From assembly GCA_024405635.1 (NCBI GenBank), contig JAKSOL010000014.1, positions 1 through 64,000 of the forward strand: a DNA stretch of 64,000 nucleotides, in the 5' to 3' direction. Below are positions 28,308 to 37,630 of this stretch, in pieces. The notes under the pieces are model-generated. The model saw only the letters and a program-made list of their open reading frames with translations, was not told where the DNA came from and ran no database searches. The stretch is from Salinivirgaceae bacterium (GTDB taxonomy: Bacteria > Bacteroidota > Bacteroidia > Bacteroidales > SZUA-534). Position 1 is the stretch's first letter. Every line of letters starts with the position of its first letter. Both the position numbers and the translations under genes were made by a program.

Positions 28308-30347
28308 TTACAACTTAATTTCAATGCCTGCAAATGCTTGTATTCCAGGTTGAGGAATGTTGCCGTAGTCGTAGTAAAGTTTGTTTGTAAGGTTAGTGCA
28401 TTCGGCATAAAAATTAACGCGTTTTTCTTGCCATTGAAGTTTAACGTCAAGTAGGGCATAGGGCTCGTAATCAACAAGTTGACCAGTGCTTTTGCCATCG
28501 TTGTATTTTATGTAGCTGCCCATTCGTTGTTGCCAGCGCACTGTCCATTCGGCGGTTAGGTTGCGCCAAATATTGTGGTTTAGTGTACCAACAAATTTGT
28601 GGCGCAAGTATTCAAGCGCGTAGTTGCTTTTGTAAATTTTCTGGTCGTCGTGGCGGGTTTGGTTTATAAAGGTGTAGCCCAAGCCGATGCTTTGTAAACC
28701 GCACCATTTGCGCAAGTTTATGTTCACATTGGTTTCAATGCCACAGTTTGTTAGTTCAAAACCTGTGCTATGAAAAATGTCGTCTTCGTGGTACATAACC
28801 CAGTCAATCATGTTGCGGCCTTCGCACCAAAAGCCTTGTACCTGTGCGCTTATGTTGCCGCCAAACCATCGTGCACCAATTTGTGCAGTTGAAGTTTCTT
28901 CGGGTTTTAAACCAACGTTGCCTTGGTTGGTTGGACTTTTGTAGTACAAGTCGGTAAAGGTTGGCATGCGCAAAGCCATGTTCCAGTTTGCATAAATGCG
29001 CCAAGCGTTTGTTGGTCGGTATGCTACGTCAATGCCGGGATAAATGTTCAGTTTGTTGTCAAGTGCCGAATTCATGTTTGCCACAGCGCCAACACTGATG
29101 GTGAATTTTTGTAGCAAAATATTGTGTTCGGCATAAATTGATATGTTGGTGCGATTGTCTTTGCAGGTGTATTTGCGTTCGTCTTCGCCATAAATGGAGA
29201 CAAATTTGGTGGAGTCGAGCGGACGACCAAGGTTGGTCGATAAAATACCTTCGCTTCTAAATTCAGAACCAATGGCTGTGCGGCCTGCAAGCCAATCAAA
29301 GTGTGCGTTCAAATTAAGTCCGTACACATCGGTACGGTGAAAATTTTCGGCTGTGTGCGTGTTGCGTATAAGTTGAAAATGGTCGGTTGTGCGGTTCCAA
29401 TATACGCCAGGCGAAAAGTGTATTTTGCCTTTTGTTTCGGCTTTGGCACTAACCAAAAAACGGCGGTTTGCCTCCCATTGGTTTGGGTAAGCTGCCGAAT
29501 AAAAAGTGTTTGCACCATATTTTTGGTTGCTCAAGCCTGCTTGAATGTTAATGTTTGCCAAACTTGTGCCAATGTTGCTACTGTAGAACGCGTTAAGCCT
29601 ATCAAAATCGCTATTTTGGCGAGCGCCATCGCTGCGGTTGTAACCAACCGACAAACGGTTGTCGGCTTTTGAGGTAGAGTAGTTGGCTGCAGCAGATGCG
29701 CCAAAAGTCCCATGGCTACCACCTCTTACGCTTGCCGATGCGTGTGGCACCGAATCGGTTTTTGTTACAATGTTTATGGCTCCCGAAAATGCTGAAGTGC
29801 CAAACAAACGAGCGGCTGCACCTTCAACTATTTCGATGCGTTCAATGTCGTGTGTGTTTACTGGAAAATCGGCGGCTAGGTGTCCGGTGTGAGGATTGGA
29901 AATGTTAACACCGTTTAGCAGAATGCAAATTTGGTCAAATGTTCCGCCGTGAATGCTAATGTCGGTTTGAATGCCCATTTCGCCGCGTTGGCGAACGTCA
30001 ATACCTACTGCGGTTTTTAGTAAGTCGTTGACCGAATGCGCAGGCGCGGTCTCAACTTTTTTGGCAGTAATTAGGTTTACTTGTCGGCTTGTTAAACCTT
30101 GCGACAATGGTGCGCGACTGCCTACCACATCCACTTCGCTCAATTCAACTTCGGTTGTTTCGTCATCGGCACTTTGCATTGCTTGTGGTTGCTGTGCCAA
30201 GGCCTGTTGTAGGCTTACTCCGCCCAACATGGCCACGCTCAAAACGCCTATTCGTACTTCTCTGCCGAGACTGCTGAACAAGGCGTAGGCTTTCCTACTA
30301 TATCTTCGGAAAGTCAAGCTTCTGTTTTGTTTAATATTTTGTTTCAT
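28308..30347 (-). CDS. TonB-dependent receptor with an extended N-terminal leader
   Basis: Plug motif IERIEIVEGAAARLFGTSAFSGAINIVT, RMPTFTDLYY and a terminal beta-strand. The signal region is about 51 residues long. Confidence 0.92.
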   Translation of the reverse strand: MKQNIKQNRSLTFRRYSRKAYALFSSLGREVRIGVLSVAMLGGVSLQQALAQQPQAMQSADDETTEVELSEVDVVGSRAPLSQGLTSRQVNLITAKKVETAPAHSVNDLLKTAVGIDVRQRGEMGIQTDISIHGGTFDQICILLNGVNISNPHTGHLAADFPVNTHDIERIEIVEGAAARLFGTSAFSGAINIVTKTDSVPHASASVRGGSHGTFGASAAANYSTSKADNRLSVGYNRSDGARQNSDFDRLNAFYSSNIGTSLANINIQAGLSNQKYGANTFYSAAYPNQWEANRRFLVSAKAETKGKIHFSPGVYWNRTTDHFQLIRNTHTAENFHRTDVYGLNLNAHFDWLAGRTAIGSEFRSEGILSTNLGRPLDSTKFVSIYGEDERKYTCKDNRTNISIYAEHNILLQKFTISVGAVANMNSALDNKLNIYPGIDVAYRPTNAWRIYANWNMALRMPTFTDLYYKSPTNQGNVGLKPEETSTAQIGARWFGGNISAQVQGFWCEGRNMIDWVMYHEDDIFHSTGFELTNCGIETNVNINLRKWCGLQSIGLGYTFINQTRHDDQKIYKSNYALEYLRHKFVGTLNHNIWRNLTAEWTVRWQQRMGSYIKYNDGKSTGQLVDYEPYALLDVKLQWQEKRVNFYAECTNLTNKLYYDYGNIPQPGIQAFAGIEIKL

Positions 30348-30363
30348 AATGCCTTTGTGTTGA

Positions 30364-30379
30364 GCTAAAATCGTGCCAA
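30364..30379 (-). promoter_or_regulatory. Putative sigma54 (-24/-12) promoter of the TonB receptor
   Basis: Minus strand TTGGCACGATTTTAGC is TGGCACG with exact GG-N10-GC spacing, directly upstream of ATG 30347. Confidence 0.65.
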
Positions 30380-30502
30380 ATTGGTTGGCTCTCTTTGCTT
30401 ATGATTGTTTCTGAACAAATAACTTATTAACTACTTATTATCAAACTATGCATCCGATTGCATTTTTGCCCACTTTTGCCAAAAAACTAACTATTGTAAT
30501 AT

Positions 30503-32965
30503 ATGAAACACTTCTTATCAACAATGTTGTGCATGGCATTTAGCTGCACAATGTGCTTTGCTCAATTTAACGGCGCCCAAACTGGCGAAATACTGAATGA
30601 TTATTCGTCGATGAAAAACATTAATTATGTTGGCGATGGAAAAGAGTATCACAACTGCGACATTTACTATCCAAACGATGGTAAAGAAAAGCATCCAGTG
30701 CTTATTCATATATATGGTAGCGCGTGGAGCAGCAACAATAGTAAAGACCTTGCCGATCTTGGAACCATTGGCAAAACAGCTTTGGAGAATGGTTACATTT
30801 TTGTTACTCCAAATCATCGTAGTTCGTCTGATGCGCAATGGCCAGCACAAAGCCACGACATAAAAGCTTGTATTCGTTATATTCGTGGTAATGCCGAAAG
30901 TTTAGGCGTTGACACTTCGTTTATTGCCATTTCTGGATTCTCAAGTGGTGGCCACCTTGCTTCGGTTATGGGAACATCGCGCAACGGCAAAGTGTTTAAG
31001 TATGCCAATGAGGAAATGGACCTTGAAGGTTCGTTGGGCGAATACACCATGTGCTCGTCAAGTGTTGATGCTGTTTGCGATTGGTCGGGGCCTGTCGATT
31101 TGCTCGATATGCAATGCAACAAACGTTACACCGACAACAAAACTCAAGTGATGGAGATGCCTCAAATGGAAGAAAATCTTGTTGGTTGCAAAAAATCAGA
31201 ATGCACCGACAAATTCCACCTACTTAACGCTCCAACTTTTATCGATCCTACCGATTGCCCTTTTATGTTGGTGCATGGCGCATCAGACAATGTAGTACCA
31301 CAATGCCAAAGCATTGAGTTTAACAACAAACTACAAGATGCTGGCGTTTATACCGAATTCTACACTCACAGCGGCGGCCACTCTGTAAATAGCGATTTTA
31401 CCGACGAAATGGTTGCCTTTTTGGGTAAAGCGCAAACCATTAAACAAGCGCAAGTAAGTAGCACAGTGGCGTTTGACCATCGCGAAAACTTCCACGTTTA
31501 CATTGCCATAGGCCAATCAAACATGTGGGGCAATGCCAAAGTTGTTTCAGACGATAAACAAACTCACGACCGCATAACCATGATGAGCACTGCCAACAGC
31601 CGCGGCAACGTGGGCGAGTGGATTCCTGCTGTTCCTCCAATGTGTGCTCCAAGTGCAGGCTACTCGTTGGCCGATAACTTTATCCGCGAAATGGCAAAAC
31701 GAACCCCCGATTATGTAACTACCGGTATAATTCCAGTTGCTATAGCAGGTACAAGTTTCAAAATTTTCGATCCCGAAATGTGCGACGAGTACTTGTCTGA
31801 GTCTGCTGATTGGTTGAAAAACATGGCGGCCGAATACGATTCAAAACCATACGAACGCATTATTGCTTGCGCTAAAAAAGCACAACAAACGGGCGTTATT
31901 AAAGGCATTATTGTTCACCAGGGCGAAACCGATAACATGAATCAAGAATGGCTCACTTGGGTTACTAAATTCTACAACAACGTGTGCGCCGATTTGAACC
32001 TTGACCCTGACAAAACCCCAATTCTTGTTGGTCAAATGGTTCCAAACGGATCATGCCAAGGTCACAATAGTGTAATGGCCAATTTGCCAAACTACATTAA
32101 AAATTGTGCAGTAGTTCAGTCATCTGGTTTACAAAGCGAGAGCGACAAACTGCACTTTACTCACGATTCGTACACCCAAATGGGCAAACGTTATGCCGAC
32201 GAAATGTGCAATCTGCTCGGATTTAAAGGATTATACACAATTCCTTCAACCCCATACAAAGGTCAACGAACAACACTACCGGGCAAAATTGAGGTTGAAA
32301 ACTACGACGAAGGTGGCAACAACATTGCTTGGTACGATGCAACTTCGGGCAACTCCGACGAGCAATATCGTTCCGATGATGTTGACATTAGAAAAGAGGG
32401 CAGCGACTACGTGGTTACCAAAGTTAAAGCTGGCGAGTGGATGAAATACTCTGTTACAAGTAGTTTGCATGCAGCTTACTATTTGTCGGCTCGTGTTGCT
32501 TTGCCTGCCGATGTAAACAAAGCCAAACTCACAGTGTTGATTGATAATCTTACTCCTTTAAACGTTACCATTAATAAACCTGAAGATGCAAACGGTTTCT
32601 TTGAACTATCGTTTGACAAAAAACTAACTTGGATTGCAAAAGGCGACCACGAGATAACTATAACCGCCAGCACCGACGGACTTGAAATTGACTGGATTCA
32701 ACTGACAAAAGAAAAATTGTCATTTGGCAACGATGCAATTGGAACCGTTGAGGCAAGCAAATTTGCAATAGTGCCAAACCCAGCATCAACAATCATGTCA
32801 GTTTATGCCGAAACTGAAGTTAACTTGGTTGAAGTTTACAACACCGTTGGCGCTTTGGTTCTTAAAACAACTGAGGCAACTGGCATCAACATATCAGATT
32901 TGCCAAGCGGAGTTTACTTTGTAAAAGTTAATTCAATGGTTGAGCGTTTGGTTATAACAAAATAA
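30503..32965 (+). CDS. T9SS-secreted multidomain carbohydrate esterase: alpha/beta-hydrolase + CE6/SGNH acetyl-xylan esterase + CBM6-like + CTD
   Basis: GFSSGG, HGASD and GGH (alpha/beta hydrolase); GQSNM, HQGETD and DKLHF (CE6/SASA); PGKIEVENYDEGG..GEWMKY (CBM); PNPA...LPSGVYFVKV CTD. Confidence 0.88.
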   Translation: MKHFLSTMLCMAFSCTMCFAQFNGAQTGEILNDYSSMKNINYVGDGKEYHNCDIYYPNDGKEKHPVLIHIYGSAWSSNNSKDLADLGTIGKTALENGYIFVTPNHRSSSDAQWPAQSHDIKACIRYIRGNAESLGVDTSFIAISGFSSGGHLASVMGTSRNGKVFKYANEEMDLEGSLGEYTMCSSSVDAVCDWSGPVDLLDMQCNKRYTDNKTQVMEMPQMEENLVGCKKSECTDKFHLLNAPTFIDPTDCPFMLVHGASDNVVPQCQSIEFNNKLQDAGVYTEFYTHSGGHSVNSDFTDEMVAFLGKAQTIKQAQVSSTVAFDHRENFHVYIAIGQSNMWGNAKVVSDDKQTHDRITMMSTANSRGNVGEWIPAVPPMCAPSAGYSLADNFIREMAKRTPDYVTTGIIPVAIAGTSFKIFDPEMCDEYLSESADWLKNMAAEYDSKPYERIIACAKKAQQTGVIKGIIVHQGETDNMNQEWLTWVTKFYNNVCADLNLDPDKTPILVGQMVPNGSCQGHNSVMANLPNYIKNCAVVQSSGLQSESDKLHFTHDSYTQMGKRYADEMCNLLGFKGLYTIPSTPYKGQRTTLPGKIEVENYDEGGNNIAWYDATSGNSDEQYRSDDVDIRKEGSDYVVTKVKAGEWMKYSVTSSLHAAYYLSARVALPADVNKAKLTVLIDNLTPLNVTINKPEDANGFFELSFDKKLTWIAKGDHEITITASTDGLEIDWIQLTKEKLSFGNDAIGTVEASKFAIVPNPASTIMSVYAETEVNLVEVYNTVGALVLKTTEATGINISDLPSGVYFVKVNSMVERLVITK

Positions 32966-32985
32966 CAAACCGCCAAAAAAACACT

Positions 32986-33016
32986 AAAAGGCTAGGGCAG
33001 TGCTCTGGCCTTTTTT
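32986..33016 (+). terminator. Intrinsic terminator after the secreted esterase
   Basis: AAAAGGCTAGGGC-AGT-GCTCTGGCCTTTTTT. Confidence 0.75.
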
Positions 33017-33105
33017 GTTCCTACGTGAAACACTTTTTTGCAGTGCGCAACAAAGTTTGCGAGTTTTCGTTGTTATATTCGCAAAAACCAAAAACATAGA
33101 TTTCA

Positions 33106-35316
33106 ATGGACGAAATTCGCCAAATAGATGTAGAAACTGAAACTCAAAATCTTGAAAATCAGTTTGTGTCATTATTGTCGCGATACGACGAGGCAAGCAT
33201 AGCCAAAATTGAGAAAGCGCGTAATGTTGCAAAAACCGAATTAAGCGACATTTTTCGCGACACTGGCGAAACTTCATATATGCACTCGTTGCGCGTAGCA
33301 ATAATCGCAATTGAGGAAGTTCATCTTGGCGCCGTTTCAATTATTGCAGCTCTTTTGCACGAAGTAAACGAAACCAAAGCCGATAACTTGCAAATTATTG
33401 AGCGCGATTTTGGTAAAGACGTGGCATTTAGCATCAGCGAGATGCAAAAAATTAGTCGTCTTAAAACCGAAAAACTATCACTAAACAGCGAAAACTACAT
33501 CTCGCTAGTGTTAAGCATTACTAGCGATGTGCGCGTTATTTTGCTCAAACTGGCCGATTCGCTTGAAAAAGTACGAACCATAAAAGGCTACACACCTAGC
33601 CGTCAACTCAAAATAGCACAAGAGGTTCGCTTGCTTTACGGCCCCATTGCTCACCGCTTGGGATTGTACAGTGTAAAAACCGAAATGGAGGACATATCGC
33701 TTAAGTACATTGAACCTGAAATGTATTTTAGCATAGCGCGACAACTTAAAGACACAAAGGCAAAACGCGAACAATACATTCAAGAATTTAAAAATTCGAT
33801 TAACGAAACGCTACAAAGTCGTGGCTACACCTACGAAATTAAAGGAAGGCCAAAATCGGTTAACTCAATCTATAACAAGATTAAAAATCAGCATGTTGAC
33901 CTTTCGGGCATCTACGACTTGTTTGCCATTCGCGTTATTTTAGACAACGTGCCCCCTGAGCAAGAAAAAGACGCATGTTGGAGCGTTTACAGCATCATTA
34001 CAAACATATACACACCCAATCCAAAACGCTTGCGCGACTGGATTACCACACCGCGACCAAGCGGTTACGAGTCGTTGCACACAACGGTAATTGGTCCGGG
34101 GCAACATTGGGTAGAGGTTCAAATTCGTACTCGTCGCATGGACGAAATTGCCGAAAAAGGAAATGCCGCACATTGGAAGTACAAAGAAACTGGTAAAGAC
34201 AAAGATTTGAGCCACGACGAGTGGTTGCGTAACATTCGCGATATTCTTGAACAGAAAGACCACGAGATACTCGACAACGAGATGAACCAAACTAGCGAGG
34301 TAAAATCACAATCAATCTTTGTTTTCACTCCGCAAGGCGACATTATTAAACTGCATGCAGGCGCCACCGTGCTCGATTTTGCATACTCAATACACTCAAA
34401 CCTTGGTAACACTTGCACTGGTGCGCGCGTAAATGGCGCCATTGTAAACATTCGTTATCAACCACAAAATGGCGAAACACTTGAGGTTTTAACATCGAAA
34501 ACGCAAAAACCTAAACTCGAATGGCTCGATATTGCTGTTAGCACTCGCGTTAAACAACGCATTCGTCGTGCAATAAACGAGGAGATGTTTGGTCAGGCCG
34601 AAATGGGCAAAGAAATACTTGAACGTAAAGTGTCGCAACTTAAACTTGAGTTTAACGACCAACTTATTCTAAAAATGACAACGCACTTTAAGTACAAACG
34701 TGCGCTTGACTTTTATCAAGATATAGCCGACGAAAAGATTGACGTTCAGGCAATTCGCGAGTATTTAATAAACGGACTTAATGCCGAAACAGAACAACAT
34801 GTAGTTGAAGAACCAAAGGCTGGCGAGTTTGTTCAACAAGATCGCGAGTCGCATGCCGATGGTTGCTTAATTATAGATAAAGACCTAAACAATGTTGACT
34901 TCAAATTGGCTCGTTGTTGTCACCCAATTCCTGGCGACTCTATTTTTGGATTTGTTACAGTCGATCGCGGAATACAAATTCATCGTCAAGGTTGCCCAAA
35001 CGCAAAAGACCTTTTTGCGCGTTTCCCATACCGCATTGTCAAAGCCCGTTGGAACAACGACGATGGTCAACAATCGTTTGAAACTGAGATGATTGTGACA
35101 GGCGTTGACCGTGTAGGCATAGTGAATCACATTTCGGAGGTAATAACCAAAAGCGATAAAGTAAACCTACGCTCAATCAACATCAATTCGCGCGATGGAA
35201 TTTTTAAGGCAAACATTTCGGTGCTCATCAATAGTGTAGAACAACTTGATGTGCTGCTTGCCAACATTAGCAAAATAAAAGGTGTGCTTAAAGCTGCTCG
35301 CTCCGATAAGTTTTAA
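33106..35316 (+). CDS. relA: Long RelA/SpoT homologue, (p)ppGpp synthetase with degenerate hydrolase domain
   Basis: IAHRLGL, GRPKS, YDLFAIR, GYESLHTT, EVQIRT, TGS domain (VFTPQG), CCHPIPGD zinc finger and ACT domain. Confidence 0.92.
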   Translation: MDEIRQIDVETETQNLENQFVSLLSRYDEASIAKIEKARNVAKTELSDIFRDTGETSYMHSLRVAIIAIEEVHLGAVSIIAALLHEVNETKADNLQIIERDFGKDVAFSISEMQKISRLKTEKLSLNSENYISLVLSITSDVRVILLKLADSLEKVRTIKGYTPSRQLKIAQEVRLLYGPIAHRLGLYSVKTEMEDISLKYIEPEMYFSIARQLKDTKAKREQYIQEFKNSINETLQSRGYTYEIKGRPKSVNSIYNKIKNQHVDLSGIYDLFAIRVILDNVPPEQEKDACWSVYSIITNIYTPNPKRLRDWITTPRPSGYESLHTTVIGPGQHWVEVQIRTRRMDEIAEKGNAAHWKYKETGKDKDLSHDEWLRNIRDILEQKDHEILDNEMNQTSEVKSQSIFVFTPQGDIIKLHAGATVLDFAYSIHSNLGNTCTGARVNGAIVNIRYQPQNGETLEVLTSKTQKPKLEWLDIAVSTRVKQRIRRAINEEMFGQAEMGKEILERKVSQLKLEFNDQLILKMTTHFKYKRALDFYQDIADEKIDVQAIREYLINGLNAETEQHVVEEPKAGEFVQQDRESHADGCLIIDKDLNNVDFKLARCCHPIPGDSIFGFVTVDRGIQIHRQGCPNAKDLFARFPYRIVKARWNNDDGQQSFETEMIVTGVDRVGIVNHISEVITKSDKVNLRSININSRDGIFKANISVLINSVEQLDVLLANISKIKGVLKAARSDKF

Positions 35317-35452
35317 GTTGATACTGCCTTTGGGCTAAATCTTTGGATTGCCAAATAACCTGCCAAAGGTTTACATTGGCTTAGTAGTACGTAAAACTCG
35401 TATGGTGATTGTAAAAAAATAAAAAAGTTGTTGCACAAAAAAGAATCACACT

Positions 35453-35460
35453 TACATTTG
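35453..35460 (+). promoter_or_regulatory. Bacteroidota -7 promoter element of the trp operon
   Basis: TACATTTG (TAnnTTTG), 20 nt upstream of the leader ATG. Confidence 0.6.
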
Positions 35461-35480
35461 CATCGCTTTAAAAAAACAAA

Positions 35481-35531
35481 ATGAATCTATTGAACAACAA
35501 ATATTGGTGGCGCCGCTCAAGACAACAATAG
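35481..35531 (+). CDS. trpL: trp operon leader peptide MNLLNNKYWWRRSRQQ
   Basis: 16-codon ORF with tandem TGG TGG upstream of trpB, followed by alternative hairpins. Confidence 0.85.
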   Translation: MNLLNNKYWWRRSRQQ

Positions 35532-35605
35532 TCGTGAGTAGCTACCGTGTTCAAATAAATTAACATATAAGAAAGGCCGGCCGTGAATCACGACAGGCCT
35601 TTTTT
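35516..35605 (+). promoter_or_regulatory. Trp transcription attenuator
   Basis: 1:2 hairpin CTCAAGAC/GTCGTGAG; antiterminator GTCGTGA (35531-35537) with TCACGAC (35588-35594); terminator AAAGGCC...GGCCTTTTTT (35572-35605). Confidence 0.8.
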
Positions 35606-35637
35606 GATTTTAGCACATAACGAAAAAAATAACTGAT

Positions 35638-36828
35638 ATGAACAACTACGAAATTGATGAGAAAGGATTTTACGGCGAATTTGGCGGAGCCTTTGTTCCC
35701 GAAATCTTGCAAAAAAATGTAACCGAACTGCAAAACTGTTACCGTCAAATAATGGAAAGCGACGAATTTAAACAAGAATTTCACGCTCTTTTGCGCGATT
35801 ATGTTGGTCGTCCAAGTCCATTGTACTATGCAAAACGAATGAGCGAAAAGTATGGCTGCAAACTATACTTAAAACGCGAAGATTTAAACCATACTGGTGC
35901 TCACAAAATAAACAACTCGCTAGGCCAAATTTTGTTGGCAAAAAAGATGGGTAAAACCCGCATTATTGCCGAAACTGGCGCAGGACAACATGGTGTGGCA
36001 ACAGCAACAGCATGCGCACTTATGAATATGGAGTGCATAGTTTATATGGGTGCAACCGATGTTGAACGCCAGCGCCCTAATGTTGAGCGTATGCGCATGC
36101 TTGGTGCTACTGTGGTGCCTGTACAAAGCGGCAACAAAACTCTGAAAGATGCTTGCAACGAGGCCATTCGCGACTGGTGCTGCAATCCAAAAAATACATT
36201 CTACATTGTAGGTTCTACAATGGGACCACACCCTTATCCCGATTTGGTAGCAAAGATGCAGAGTGTTATTTCAGAAGAAATAAAATGGCAGATTAAAGAA
36301 AAAGAAGGCCGCGACTATCCCGATTATTTAATGGCTTGCATTGGCGGAGGAAGCAACGCTGCCGGAACCATTTATCACTACATGAACGACGAGCGTGTGA
36401 ATATTGTTCTTGCCGAGGCTGGTGGCTTGGGTGTTGAAACAGGACAAACTGCAGCATCGCTCAACTGCGGTACAATTGGAGTGCTACACGGTAGCAAAAT
36501 GTTTGTAATGCAAACCGACGACGGCCAAATTATTGAACCATACTCAATTTCGGCTGGACTCGATTACCCCGGAGTTGGCCCAATGCACTGCAAAATGTTT
36601 CAAGATGGTCGTTCAAAAGTCCTTCCAATTACCGACGACGAGGCTCTTGCTGCAGCTTTTGAACTAACTCGCATGGAGGGCATTATTCCAGCCCTTGAAA
36701 GTGCTCATGCTTTGGCCATTTTGCCTCACATGAAGTTTAAAAAAGACGATGTGGTGGTACTTACCGTTTCCGGTCGTGGCGACAAGGATATGCAAACTTA
36801 TTTGAAGCACATGCATAAACAAGATTAA
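35638..36828 (+). CDS. trpB: Tryptophan synthase beta chain
   Basis: [29 protein letters not shown] and [11 protein letters not shown] motifs. Confidence 0.98.
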   Translation: MNNYEIDEKGFYGEFGGAFVPEILQKNVTELQNCYRQIMESDEFKQEFHALLRDYVGRPSPLYYAKRMSEKYGCKLYLKREDLNHTGAHKINNSLGQILLAKKMGKTRIIAETGAGQHGVATATACALMNMECIVYMGATDVERQRPNVERMRMLGATVVPVQSGNKTLKDACNEAIRDWCCNPKNTFYIVGSTMGPHPYPDLVAKMQSVISEEIKWQIKEKEGRDYPDYLMACIGGGSNAAGTIYHYMNDERVNIVLAEAGGLGVETGQTAASLNCGTIGVLHGSKMFVMQTDDGQIIEPYSISAGLDYPGVGPMHCKMFQDGRSKVLPITDDEALAAAFELTRMEGIIPALESAHALAILPHMKFKKDDVVVLTVSGRGDKDMQTYLKHMHKQD

Positions 36829-36852
36829 GTTGAACCGCAAATTTTACTCACA

Positions 36853-37626
36853 ATGACACGCATTAAAGAACTTTTCGATAAAAAACAAAACGACATACTC
36901 TCGGTGTACTTTACATCGGGATTCCCAAACTTAAACGACGCTCCACATATTATTAAGGCTTTGGCCGATGGTGGGGTAGATATGATTGAAATTGGTATCC
37001 CTTTTTCCGATCCTTTGGCCGATGGCCCTGTAATTCAAAATAGTAGCAACATTGCGCTTAAAAATGGCATTAGCCAAAAATTGCTTTTTGAACAACTAAA
37101 AGACATTCGCAAAACAGTTAACATTCCGCTCATTTTTATGGGTTACATTAACTGTACATTGCAATATGGCTTTGAAAACCTATGCAAAAAAGCAGTAGAA
37201 CTTGGCATCGATGGCTTAATTATTCCCGACCTTCCGTTTGAAATTTACAAGAACGAATACAAGTCGATTGTTGACAAATATGGTCTTGACTTTATTTTGC
37301 TAATCACTCCAGAAACTCCCGAGTCTCGCATTCGTGAGATTGACGAAATAAGTTCAGGTTTTATTTATATGGTGTCGAGCGCAAGCACAACTGGTGCACA
37401 AAATTCGTTTAACGACGAAAAACAAGCCTATTTCAACCGAATTAAGCAAATGAACCTTAAAAACCCAACATTGGTTGGTTTTGGTGTGTCAAACAAAGCA
37501 ACCTACGATGCTGCTTGCGCAAATGCTCGCGGAGCTATCATTGGCTCGGCTTTCATTAAGAGTTTGCAAGAAAACCCAACTATTGAGCAAGCTGTAAGCT
37601 CGTTAATTAAAAAAGTTAAGGAGTAA
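36853..37626 (+). CDS. trpA: Tryptophan synthase alpha chain
   Basis: EIGIPFSDPLADGPVIQ, VGFGV and IIGSA motifs. Confidence 0.97.
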   Translation: MTRIKELFDKKQNDILSVYFTSGFPNLNDAPHIIKALADGGVDMIEIGIPFSDPLADGPVIQNSSNIALKNGISQKLLFEQLKDIRKTVNIPLIFMGYINCTLQYGFENLCKKAVELGIDGLIIPDLPFEIYKNEYKSIVDKYGLDFILLITPETPESRIREIDEISSGFIYMVSSASTTGAQNSFNDEKQAYFNRIKQMNLKNPTLVGFGVSNKATYDAACANARGAIIGSAFIKSLQENPTIEQAVSSLIKKVKE

Positions 37627-37630
37627 GATT

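Noticed and set aside
30290-30320. Canonical Tat signal in the TonB receptor
   Set aside because: FRRYSRK does not match S/T-R-R-x-F-L-K. Kept only as an atypical-leader finding.
28144-30502. Cobalamin or TPP riboswitch upstream of the TonB receptor or S-component genes
   Set aside because: The leaders are short and lack recognisable B12-box or TPP core motifs. An Rfam scan would confirm.
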